From an uncultured Acidobacteriota bacterium (GTDB taxonomy: Bacteria > Acidobacteriota > JAQAZP01): a stretch of 64,000 nt of DNA. Shown here piece by piece: positions 19,423 through 27,640 of the stretch. How positions within the stretch are numbered: position 1 is the stretch's first letter; every line of letters begins with the position of its first letter. A model generated the notes under the pieces. The model worked only from the letters and a program-made list of their open reading frames with translations, had not been told where the DNA came from and searched no databases. The stretch is taken from positions 704,001 through 768,000 of the forward strand of contig CAWIIB010000001.1 in assembly GCA_963836075.1 (NCBI GenBank), written 5' to 3'. The position numbers and the translations under genes were made by a program.

Positions 19423-22098
19423 ATGACCAAAAGCGACAAAACAACCCCGGTAATGCGGCAGTTCCTGGAGATCAAGGCGCAGCACAAGGACGCCATCCTC
19501 TTCTTCCGCATGGGTGACTTTTACGAGATGTTCTACGAGGACGCGGTGGTGGCCTCGCGGGACATGGAGATAGCCCTGACCTCCCGCGACCGCAATAGCG
19601 ACAACCCGGTGCCGATGTGCGGCGTTCCCTTCCACGCCGCCGAGGGCTACATCGCCCGGCTGATCCGCAAGGGGCACCGGGTGGCCATCTGCGACCAGGT
19701 GGAGGACCCCCGGGCGGCCAAGGGGCTGGTGCGCCGGGCGGTCACCCGGGTGGTGACCCCGGGGACGGTGACCGACGCCGGCCTGCTGGAGGCCCGGGAG
19801 AACAACTTCATCTGCGGCGTGGCGCTGACGTCCGGCGGCGGGGCGGGGGCGGCGTTCCTCGACGTCTCCACCGGCCGCTTCCTGCTGGCCGAGTCGGAGG
19901 AGGAGGAGCCGCTGGAGTTCCTGCGCCGCGAGCTGGCCCGCTACCGGCCGCGGGAGCTGGTGCACGCGGCCCCCGCGGAACCGCCCTCCCCGGCGGACCA
20001 GGAACTGAAGCAGATGCTGGACAACGCCGTGCCGGAAAACGGTGAGGACCAGCCGCTGTTCAGCCCGTGGCCGCCCTGGTCCTTTGGCGAGGAATCGGCC
20101 CGGCGCGCGCTCACCGACCAGCTGGGGGTGGCCACCCTGGACGGCTACGGCTGCCAGGACCGCACGCTGGCGGTGCGGGCCGCCGGCGGGTTGCTGCACT
20201 ACCTCCAGGAGACCCAGGGGGCGGCGCTAAACCACATCGACTCGCTCACCTGGTGCGCCACCGGCCGCTACATGACCCTCGACCCGGCCACGGTGAAAAA
20301 CCTCGAACTGGTGAACAGCATGGAGGGCGGCCGGGAGGGATCGCTGATCTCGGCGCTGGACCTGACCTTCACCGGCATGGGCGGCCGCAAGCTGCGCGAC
20401 TGGTTTCTCCGCCCGCTGCTGGACGCCGACGAGATCCGCCGCCGCCAGGAGGGGGTGGAGGAACTGCTGTCCGATGTCACCGCCCGCAGCCGGCTCAGCG
20501 ACCGGCTGAAACAGATCTTCGACCTGGAGCGCCTGCTGGGCCGGGTGGTGCTGGCCACCGCCGGGCCGCGGGACATGGTGGCGCTGAAGAGCTCCATCGC
20601 CCTGCTCCCCGGCCTGCGCGAGGAGCTGGGCCGCCTCTCCACCCCGGTGATGGACGGGCTGCACCAGGGACTGGACCTGCTGGATGATGTGCACGACCTG
20701 CTGGAACGGGCGATCAACCCCGAACCACCGGCCACCATCCGCGACCCCGGACTGATCCGCGACGGGTACAGCCCCGAACTGGACCAGTTGCGCACGGTGG
20801 CCCGGGAGGGCAAGCAGACCATCGCCGGCATCGAGGCCCGGGAGCGGACACGCACCGGCATCGCCACACTCAAGGTGAAGTACAACCGGGTCTTCGGCTA
20901 TTTCATCGAGATCTCCAAGGCCAACCTGGCCGGCGGGGTGCCCGAGGACTACGAACGGAAACAGACCATGGTGGGCGCGGAACGCTTCATCACCCCGGAG
21001 CTGAAAGAATACGAAGAGCGGGTGGTGGGCGCCGAGGAGCGGATCAGCGACCTGGAGCAGCAGCTGTTTGCCGAGGTGCGGCAGCTGACCGCCGACCAGG
21101 CGGGGCGGATCAAGGGCTCCGCCGACCGGGTGGCCACCCTCGACGTGCTGCTCTGCCTGGCCGAAGCCGCCGCCAGCCACCGCTACTGCCGGCCGCAGAT
21201 CACCGCCGGGAAGCGGCTGAGCATCTCCGCCGGCCGCCACCCGGTGATCGAACAGCTCTCCCCCACCGGCGAACGCTTCGTCCCCAACGACGTGCTGCTG
21301 GACGATGCCGAGAACCAGATCCTGATCATCACCGGGCCGAACATGGGCGGCAAGTCGACCTACCTGCGGCAGGTGGCCCTGATCACCCTGATGGCCCACA
21401 CCGGCTCCTTTGTGCCGGCGGCGGCGGCGGAAATTCCCCTGGTGGACCGCATCTTCACCCGGGTGGGGGCCAGCGACTCCCTGGTCCGCGGCCACTCCAC
21501 CTTCATGGTGGAGATGATCGAGACGGCCAACATCCTCAACAACGCCACCCCGCGCAGCCTGGTGATCCTCGATGAGGTGGGCCGGGGCACCAGCACCTTC
21601 GACGGGGTGAGCATCGCCTGGGCGGTGGTGGAGCACCTGCACAACTCGGAACGGGTGGCCGCCAAATCCCTCTTCGCCACCCACTTCTACGAGCTGACCG
21701 AGCTGGCCGTCACCCTGCCCCGGGTGCGCAACTTCAACATCTCGGTCAAGGAGTGGAACGACGAGATCATTTTTCTCCGCGAGGTGGTGGAGGGCGCGGC
21801 GGACCGCAGCTACGGTGTCCAGGTGGCCCGTCTGGCCGGGCTGCCGCCCCGGGTGCTGAAGCGGGCCCGGGAGATCCTGGCCAACCTGGAAGCCAGCGCC
21901 TTTGATCGCCGGGGGATGCCCCGGCTGGCCGGCGAGGGGGGGGACGGGGAACCTGCGGCCGCGGATACCGATCAGATGCGCCTCTTCACCCCCGGAGAGG
22001 ACCCCCTGCTGGACGAGATCCGCCTGCTGGAGCTGGAACAGATGACGCCCATGGAGGCGCTGAACTACCTCGCCGATCTGCAGAGAAAACTGAAATAG
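19423..22098 (+). CDS. mutS: DNA mismatch repair protein MutS
   Basis: TPVMRQF, FFRMGDFYEMF, TGPNMGGKSTYLRQ, STFMVEM, DEVGRGTST, ATHFYEL, SYGVQVA. Confidence 0.98.
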   Translation: MTKSDKTTPVMRQFLEIKAQHKDAILFFRMGDFYEMFYEDAVVASRDMEIALTSRDRNSDNPVPMCGVPFHAAEGYIARLIRKGHRVAICDQVEDPRAAKGLVRRAVTRVVTPGTVTDAGLLEARENNFICGVALTSGGGAGAAFLDVSTGRFLLAESEEEEPLEFLRRELARYRPRELVHAAPAEPPSPADQELKQMLDNAVPENGEDQPLFSPWPPWSFGEESARRALTDQLGVATLDGYGCQDRTLAVRAAGGLLHYLQETQGAALNHIDSLTWCATGRYMTLDPATVKNLELVNSMEGGREGSLISALDLTFTGMGGRKLRDWFLRPLLDADEIRRRQEGVEELLSDVTARSRLSDRLKQIFDLERLLGRVVLATAGPRDMVALKSSIALLPGLREELGRLSTPVMDGLHQGLDLLDDVHDLLERAINPEPPATIRDPGLIRDGYSPELDQLRTVAREGKQTIAGIEARERTRTGIATLKVKYNRVFGYFIEISKANLAGGVPEDYERKQTMVGAERFITPELKEYEERVVGAEERISDLEQQLFAEVRQLTADQAGRIKGSADRVATLDVLLCLAEAAASHRYCRPQITAGKRLSISAGRHPVIEQLSPTGERFVPNDVLLDDAENQILIITGPNMGGKSTYLRQVALITLMAHTGSFVPAAAAEIPLVDRIFTRVGASDSLVRGHSTFMVEMIETANILNNATPRSLVILDEVGRGTSTFDGVSIAWAVVEHLHNSERVAAKSLFATHFYELTELAVTLPRVRNFNISVKEWNDEIIFLREVVEGAADRSYGVQVARLAGLPPRVLKRAREILANLEASAFDRRGMPRLAGEGGDGEPAAADTDQMRLFTPGEDPLLDEIRLLELEQMTPMEALNYLADLQRKLK

Positions 22099-22115
22099 AT
22101 CCAAAAAAAAATAAC

Positions 22116-22144
22116 TTGACAGAATTGTAATGCCGCCCTATGGT
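22116..22144 (+). promoter_or_regulatory. sigma70-type promoter for the TPR / secreted protein / peptide cassette
   Basis: TTGACA (22116-22121), 17 nt spacer, TATGGT (22139-22144), preceded by an A-tract (UP-element-like). Confidence 0.55.
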
Positions 22145-22205
22145 TAGGACAGAAACCGGGTCCGCGCAACGGGCGGACTCCTGCTCTTGTCTCTCGAGTC
22201 CAGCA

Positions 22206-23096
22206 ATGACACTGGAAGAACTGCAGCAGCTACGGCAGCAAGGCATTGATTGCGGACGGCAAGGTCTGTACGAAGACGCCCTGCTCAACCTCTACCGGGC
22301 CTTCAACGGGTCCGAGGACCATCCCGATTTCCAGGTCAAGGCGGCTCTCGATCTCGGCGTGCTCTACCGCATGCTGGAGAAATACACCGCGGCCGCCGAG
22401 ATGCTGGAGATCGTCGAGCAGAACAGCTCGTCACAGAGCGTCCCGCGGTTCACCGCCTACCTCGAGCGGGCCATCATCGGCTACCGCAAGAAGGATCTGG
22501 GCGGCGCCGACCAGGCCCTGGCCATGGCCGAAGAGGTGCTGGAGCAGAACGAGATGGGCCGGCTGATCGTCTATTTCCTGGTCACCCGGGCCCTGGTGGA
22601 GATGGAACGGAAGGAATATCAGCGGGGGTTGGAAATCCTCCAGCAGTCGCTGACCTTCGTGGAACTGTTCAAGAGCCGGGACCTGCGCTGCACCGTGCTC
22701 TCCAACCTCGGCCACTGCCACCTGCATCTGGGCCAGACCGCCGAAGCGCGGGAGCAGTTGCTGGAGAGCCTCTCCATCTCCCGGGAGACGGGCAACGAGC
22801 GGCGCACAGCAGAAGTCTGCAGCTGCCTGGCCCTCACCGCGCTGAAGGACGACGACCTGCCGTCGGCCAAGGAGTATGCCGCCGAGTCGTTCCGCATCTC
22901 CTACGAGCAGAAATACCGCGATATCATCCGTGACCTCTGTTACCAGATCGGCCGCTACTACCGCAATCACGGCGAGGAATCCATCGCCGAGGTCTTTTTC
23001 GAAAAAGCGGTCAATGCCGACGGCCGGCTGACCACCGACTACCTGAAACTGCTCGATACGGACCGCATGGCCTCCGGCGAGGGTATGCACGACTGA
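22206..23096 (+). CDS. Cytoplasmic tetratricopeptide-repeat protein (TPR-only, RRNPP/MalT-TPR-like architecture)
   Basis: Repeated helical TPR units, e.g. DLGVLYRMLEKYTAAAEMLE and SNLGHCHLHLGQTAEAREQLLESL; no signal peptide and no obvious HTH. Confidence 0.8.
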   Translation: MTLEELQQLRQQGIDCGRQGLYEDALLNLYRAFNGSEDHPDFQVKAALDLGVLYRMLEKYTAAAEMLEIVEQNSSSQSVPRFTAYLERAIIGYRKKDLGGADQALAMAEEVLEQNEMGRLIVYFLVTRALVEMERKEYQRGLEILQQSLTFVELFKSRDLRCTVLSNLGHCHLHLGQTAEAREQLLESLSISRETGNERRTAEVCSCLALTALKDDDLPSAKEYAAESFRISYEQKYRDIIRDLCYQIGRYYRNHGEESIAEVFFEKAVNADGRLTTDYLKLLDTDRMASGEGMHD

Positions 23097-23119
23097 AGAC
23101 GACAACAAAGGAAAAGATC

Positions 23120-23899
23120 ATGAACATCTCACTCTTCAAACGGTTGGCGGTTCCGCTGCTCCTGCTGCCGTTGATGGCCCTCTGGGTCCCTGGTGCCGGG
23201 GCCAACGTCATCGAGGACGGTGACGGCAGGATGTGGCAGGCGACCTACGCCCGCAACGGGGCCCACTTCCAGGTGCGCGTCGAAGTGACCCAGGGGGCCG
23301 AACCGGCCTTCGCCTTCTGGGCCACCAGCGGCGCCACCAACAGCATCGATCCTTTCCTGTTCACCGACGGGAGCCAGGTCTGGGTGGTCTGGAGCCAGGA
23401 GCGGCTGTCCATCGGCGGCACCTACGACATCTTCCTCCGCCAGATCTATCTCGACGGCACCGTGGACGAGCCGGCAAGCCAGGTGACCAAGGCCAACGAT
23501 GCCGCCATCAGCGACCGGACCCCCTGCGGCGCGGTCTGTCCCCTGGGGTTCCACGTGGCCTTCAAGCGTGAGACCAGCACGCCGGCGAGACTGGCCAAGA
23601 GCATCTGCTACCTGAACAACATCCCGGGGGATGGTTCCAGCACCGGGCTCTGGATCGACGCCGAGATGGAGTGCATCCCGATCATCGAGGACCACGACGG
23701 CACCGAGCCGACGCTGCTGCTGGGCAACGGGGACGACGGTTCGCCCACCATGGTGGTCTTCAAGGACTGGATCACCGTACACGTCCTGGGCGAAGGCAGC
23801 AAAAAGAAGTCGAGCTGCGCCATCTGGGAGCGGGTGCTCAACTCCAGCGACCCCAACCCCTGGGAGAAGGTGCTGGTGCACCTGCCGTTGAACCCCTAG
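23120..23899 (+). CDS. Hypothetical secreted protein with a C-terminal SSDPNPWEK motif
   Basis: Signal peptide MNISLFKRLAVPLLLLPLMALWVPGAGA-N; beta-rich body (VWVVWS, YDIFL); 23 nt after the TPR gene. Confidence 0.8.
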   Translation: MNISLFKRLAVPLLLLPLMALWVPGAGANVIEDGDGRMWQATYARNGAHFQVRVEVTQGAEPAFAFWATSGATNSIDPFLFTDGSQVWVVWSQERLSIGGTYDIFLRQIYLDGTVDEPASQVTKANDAAISDRTPCGAVCPLGFHVAFKRETSTPARLAKSICYLNNIPGDGSSTGLWIDAEMECIPIIEDHDGTEPTLLLGNGDDGSPTMVVFKDWITVHVLGEGSKKKSSCAIWERVLNSSDPNPWEKVLVHLPLNP

Positions 23900-23901
23900 G
23901 G

Positions 23902-23958
23902 TGGCCGCCGGTCCCGGGGGGCGCTGCCCCCCACCGGCCATGGAGGGTCATTTTTTTT
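23902..23958 (+). terminator. Strong GC hairpin after the secreted-protein stop (possible terminator, RNA-processing or readthrough element)
   Basis: GGGGGGC-GCT-GCCCCCC (23916-23932), extendable by CCGGT/ACCGG; T8 tract at 23951-23958, farther from the stem than in a canonical terminator. Confidence 0.35.
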
Positions 23959-24079
23959 GACTGTGATGTTTACTTATATGTACGTTAACACGGAACAGGA
24001 AAGACCTCCCGGCCGACCCCTGCGCAGCACCAGCGACCCGAACCCCTGGGAAGAGGCCTCGATCACCTTCAGCCGATGA
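23957..24079 (+). CDS. Small unannotated peptide ORF carrying an SDPNPWE motif
   Basis: (L)TVMFTYMYVNTEQERPPGRPLRSTSDPNPWEEASITFSR*; GGAGG at 23942-23946; possible starts TTG 23957, ATG 23966 or ATG 23978; motif shared with the upstream protein with only synonymous codon differences. Confidence 0.6.
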   Translation: MTVMFTYMYVNTEQERPPGRPLRSTSDPNPWEEASITFSR

Positions 24080-26264
24080 TCTGCAGATCAGGTGAAAATT
24101 CCGCCAGCAGCTCCTTTTCCTCTCCCGAATCGAAGCGGATCCGGATCCGGCCCCCGGCAGTGTCCAGCACCCGGCCCGGGCCCAGGCGGGGGTGCGAGAC
24201 CAGGTCCCCGGCCACCGGCGCCCGGCTGCCGGGCTCCTTGTGGTCCGGCGGGCGCCCGTCACCGTCGAGGAAGGACCCCACAGTCCTGCCGGCCTCGGGC
24301 AACGGCCCGCTGCTCTCGATCAGCTCCCGGGGCAGGCGGTCGATGAAACGGCTGGGCCAGGGGGCAGCCCCGCGGCGGGCAACGGTGAGCATGTGGGTCA
24401 TCAGCAGGTGCCGCCGGGCCCTGGTCATGGCGACGAAGAGCAATCGCCGCTCCTCCTCGAACTCCGGCGTGCCCTCGTCCTTGTTGGCCAGCGGCAGCAG
24501 CCCCTCGTTGAGGCCGATGATGAACACCGCGTCGAACTCCAGGCCCTTGGCCGCGTGGATGGTCATCAGGTTCAGCGCTCGCCCCGGGGGCCCCAGGTCG
24601 TCCCTGCCGGTTCCCATGCTCAACGAGACCTCGGACAGAAAGGCCGACCAGGCGTCCCAGGGCTCCAGCCCCTCCTGGTCGGCGGCCCGGCCGCGGATCT
24701 CCAGGATCCGCTGCCACAGTTCCTCCCCCGCCGCGGTGTGCACCCCGATCTCCTGCTCCCGGAAACCGCTGCGCTCCACCGCCAGGTCGAATATTTCCGC
24801 CGGTGAGCGGACCATCAGTTCGGCGCCCAGCTCCTCCAGGGCGGCGGCAAAGAGCGAGGCCCGCTCCCGGGTCCGCCGGGGCAGGTCGTCCAGGTCGTCC
24901 AGCGAGAGCAGCAGCTGGCCCAGGGTCAGGCCGTGACCTTCCGCCGCCTGCCGCAGACTGCCCAGCATCAGCGGGGTCAGCTTCCATGCCGGCAGGGTCG
25001 CGGCCGCGCAGAGGCTCAGCTGGTCGTCCGGGTTGGTCAGGGCCTTGAACAGCGCCATCAGCTTGCGCACCGGGGGCAGGTGGAGGAGGTTCTTCGGGGC
25101 CACCACCCGCAGCGGCACGCCGTCCCGGCGCAGCGCCGCCTCCACCCGGGGGGCCTGGGCGTTGACCCGGTAGAGTACGGCCATGGAACCGAAGGGGATC
25201 GATTCCTCACTGTTCAGCCGCCGGGCTTCCCGGGACACCAGGTCGGCCTGGTCCCGCTCGTCGTCACAGGCGATGAGCCGCAGCGGCGGCCCGGCATCGT
25301 TCTCGGTCCAGGGGGGCCGGGGCGCTGCCTGGGCCAGTTCCTCCGGGTCGGCCAGTACCGCGGCCGCCTGCAGGATGGTGGAGCTGGAGCGGTAGTGCTG
25401 CACCAGGGAGCAGGTCCGCGACCCGGGGTATTCCTGGTGGAAGCGGCGGAAGATCTCCGGACAGGCGCCGCGCCAGGTGTAGATGCTCTGGTTGGGGTCC
25501 CCCACCACGTAGAGGTTTTTCTGCGGCCCCAGCAGACCCTTGAGCAGCAGATACTGCAGGCGGTCGGTGTCCTGGAACTCGTCCACCAGGATGTGGTCGA
25601 ACCGCTGCCCCAGCCGCTGCCGCACCTCGGCATGGTCGATGAGCATGCGCAGCGGCAAAAGGATCAGGTCGTCAAAGTCGAGGGCGTTGGCCGAGGCCAG
25701 CCGCTGCTGGTAGAGCCGGTGCAGTTCCCGCTCCAGTGAGCCTGCCTCTGTTTCGGGCGCCCCCACACAGCCGCTCTGCTTCAGTTGCACGATGTTGCGC
25801 AGCAGCTCCGCCGGCCGCGGACGCCCGCCGTCCTGATCCAGCGCGGCGGCCAGCTCGCCGATCAGGGCCTGCCGCTCGGACTCGTCGTAGATGGTGAACC
25901 CCCGGCGGTAGCCGTACTGCTCCAGCGGCAGCTCCTCGTTGAGCAGCCGGCGGCAGACCGAGTGGAAGGTGCCGAAAAAGCGGATCGAGCCGGCCACTCC
26001 GGGCCCCAGCAACTGGAGGACCCGCTCTCTCATCTCCCTGGCCGCACGGTTGGTGAAGGTCAGTACCAGCAGACGGTCCGGACGGGCACGGCCGGTTTCC
26101 AGCAGCCAGGCCAGCCGCCGGGTGAGCACCCGGGTCTTGCCGCTGCCCACCGCCGCCTCCACCAGCACCGGTCCCTCACCGGCCAGCACCGCCTCCCGCT
26201 GCAGCGGGTTGAGACCTTCCAGCGCCTGCGGTTCGTTCTGCTCTTCTGTTCCCTGCTCGTTCAT
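24069..26264 (-). CDS. UvrD/PcrA family ATP-dependent DNA helicase
   Basis: AVGSGKT, LTFTNRAAREM, LVDEFQDT, VGDPNQSIYTWRGA, MTIHAAKGLEF, EERRLLFVAMTRA; C-terminal Tudor-like GDLVSHPRLGPG. Confidence 0.95.
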   Translation of the reverse strand: MNEQGTEEQNEPQALEGLNPLQREAVLAGEGPVLVEAAVGSGKTRVLTRRLAWLLETGRARPDRLLVLTFTNRAAREMRERVLQLLGPGVAGSIRFFGTFHSVCRRLLNEELPLEQYGYRRGFTIYDESERQALIGELAAALDQDGGRPRPAELLRNIVQLKQSGCVGAPETEAGSLERELHRLYQQRLASANALDFDDLILLPLRMLIDHAEVRQRLGQRFDHILVDEFQDTDRLQYLLLKGLLGPQKNLYVVGDPNQSIYTWRGACPEIFRRFHQEYPGSRTCSLVQHYRSSSTILQAAAVLADPEELAQAAPRPPWTENDAGPPLRLIACDDERDQADLVSREARRLNSEESIPFGSMAVLYRVNAQAPRVEAALRRDGVPLRVVAPKNLLHLPPVRKLMALFKALTNPDDQLSLCAAATLPAWKLTPLMLGSLRQAAEGHGLTLGQLLLSLDDLDDLPRRTRERASLFAAALEELGAELMVRSPAEIFDLAVERSGFREQEIGVHTAAGEELWQRILEIRGRAADQEGLEPWDAWSAFLSEVSLSMGTGRDDLGPPGRALNLMTIHAAKGLEFDAVFIIGLNEGLLPLANKDEGTPEFEEERRLLFVAMTRARRHLLMTHMLTVARRGAAPWPSRFIDRLPRELIESSGPLPEAGRTVGSFLDGDGRPPDHKEPGSRAPVAGDLVSHPRLGPGRVLDTAGGRIRIRFDSGEEKELLAEFSPDLQIIG

Positions 26265-26377
26265 GGCGGCAGATTGTACACCATTTTACTTTGCACCCGG
26301 CGCCTCCTATAGTGGCCCAGTTGTCATTGCGAGGAGCCCGCGCAACGGGCGACGCACCAATCTCTCTCGAGGCCCAG

Positions 26378-27640
26378 ATGCAAAACAAGCGCACCGTGAT
26401 CGTGGTGGGCGGCGGCGCCGCCGGTCTGATGGCCGCCGGTATGGCAGCGGAAGCCGGGGCCCGGGTGCTGGTGCTGGAAAAAAAAAGCCGCACGGCCCTC
26501 AAGCTGGGGATCACCGGCAAGGGCCGCTGCAACCTGACCAACACCGCCCAGCTGACCGACTTCATCGCCCGCTTCGGACGGAACGGACGGTTCCTGCGCA
26601 CCGCTTTTTCCGGCTTCTTCTCCCGGCAGCTGATCAGCTTCTTCGAGGAGCGCGGGGTGCAGACGAAAAGCGAACGGGGCGGCCGGGTCTTCCCCGCCGG
26701 CAACGAGGCCCGCCTGGTGGTGCGCGCCCTCAAGGACTGGGCCGCGGAGTGCGGCGCCCGCACCAGGTGCAAGGCAAAGGTCACGGAACTGGTGATCGTG
26801 GAGGGCCGGGTGACCGGCGTACGCGTGGAAAACAAAAGCGGGACGGATCTGCTGGAGGCCGATGCCGTGATCCTGGCCGCCGGCGGCGCCTCGTACCCGG
26901 TCACCGGTTCCGACGGCAGCGGCGCAACCCTGGCCGCAGCCGCCGGTCACCGGATCGTCCCGCTCCGTCCGGCACTGGTGCCGCTGGAGACCGCGGGGAA
27001 TACGGCCCGGCGGATGCAGGGCCTGAGCCTGCGCAACGTGGGCCTGGAGGTCTACATCGAGGGGCGCAAACGGGACAGCCACTTCGGTGAACTGCTCTTC
27101 ACCCACTTCGGCGTCTCCGGCCCCATCGTGCTCTCGGCCAGCCGGAGCATCGTCCCCGCACTGGAAGAAAACCGCAAGGTGACCCTGGCCCTCGACCTCA
27201 AACCGGCCCTGGAGCACCGCAAGCTGGACGCCCGGCTGCTCCGCGACATCGACGCCCACGGCAAACAGCAGGCCCGTAACCTGCTCAAGGGCCTGCTGCC
27301 GCGACTGCTGATCCCGGTCTGCATCGACGAAACCGGCATCTCCCCGGAAGCGCCGGCCCACCAGATCGGTGCCGCGCAGCGCAAGCGGCTGCGAACCTGG
27401 CTCAAGGATTTCCGTCTGGAGGTCACCGGCCACCGGGGCTTTGCCGAGGCCATCGTCACCGCCGGAGGCGTGGACCTTCGTGAGGTGAACCCGGAAACCA
27501 TGGAGTCGCGGAAGGTCAAGGGCCTCCACATCGCCGGTGAAGTGCTGGACCTGGACGGCGACACCGGCGGCTACAACCTCCAGGCCGCCTTCTCCACGGG
27601 GAGGCTGGCCGGGATTTCGGCGGCGATGCCGCCCATTTAG
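26378..27640 (+). CDS. HI0933/YhiN (BaiN-like) NAD(P)/FAD-dependent oxidoreductase
   Basis: GGGAAGLMAA, ITGKGRCNLTN, GELLFTHFGVSGP, TAGGV, GEVLDLDGDTGGYNLQAAFSTG. Confidence 0.95.
   Translation: MQNKRTVIVVGGGAAGLMAAGMAAEAGARVLVLEKKSRTALKLGITGKGRCNLTNTAQLTDFIARFGRNGRFLRTAFSGFFSRQLISFFEERGVQTKSERGGRVFPAGNEARLVVRALKDWAAECGARTRCKAKVTELVIVEGRVTGVRVENKSGTDLLEADAVILAAGGASYPVTGSDGSGATLAAAAGHRIVPLRPALVPLETAGNTARRMQGLSLRNVGLEVYIEGRKRDSHFGELLFTHFGVSGPIVLSASRSIVPALEENRKVTLALDLKPALEHRKLDARLLRDIDAHGKQQARNLLKGLLPRLLIPVCIDETGISPEAPAHQIGAAQRKRLRTWLKDFRLEVTGHRGFAEAIVTAGGVDLREVNPETMESRKVKGLHIAGEVLDLDGDTGGYNLQAAFSTGRLAGISAAMPPI

Noticed and set aside
22159-22182. Hairpin GTCCGC/GCGGAC in the leader of the TPR gene as a riboswitch
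   Set aside because: A single short stem with no recognisable aptamer consensus; at most a 5' stabilising hairpin.
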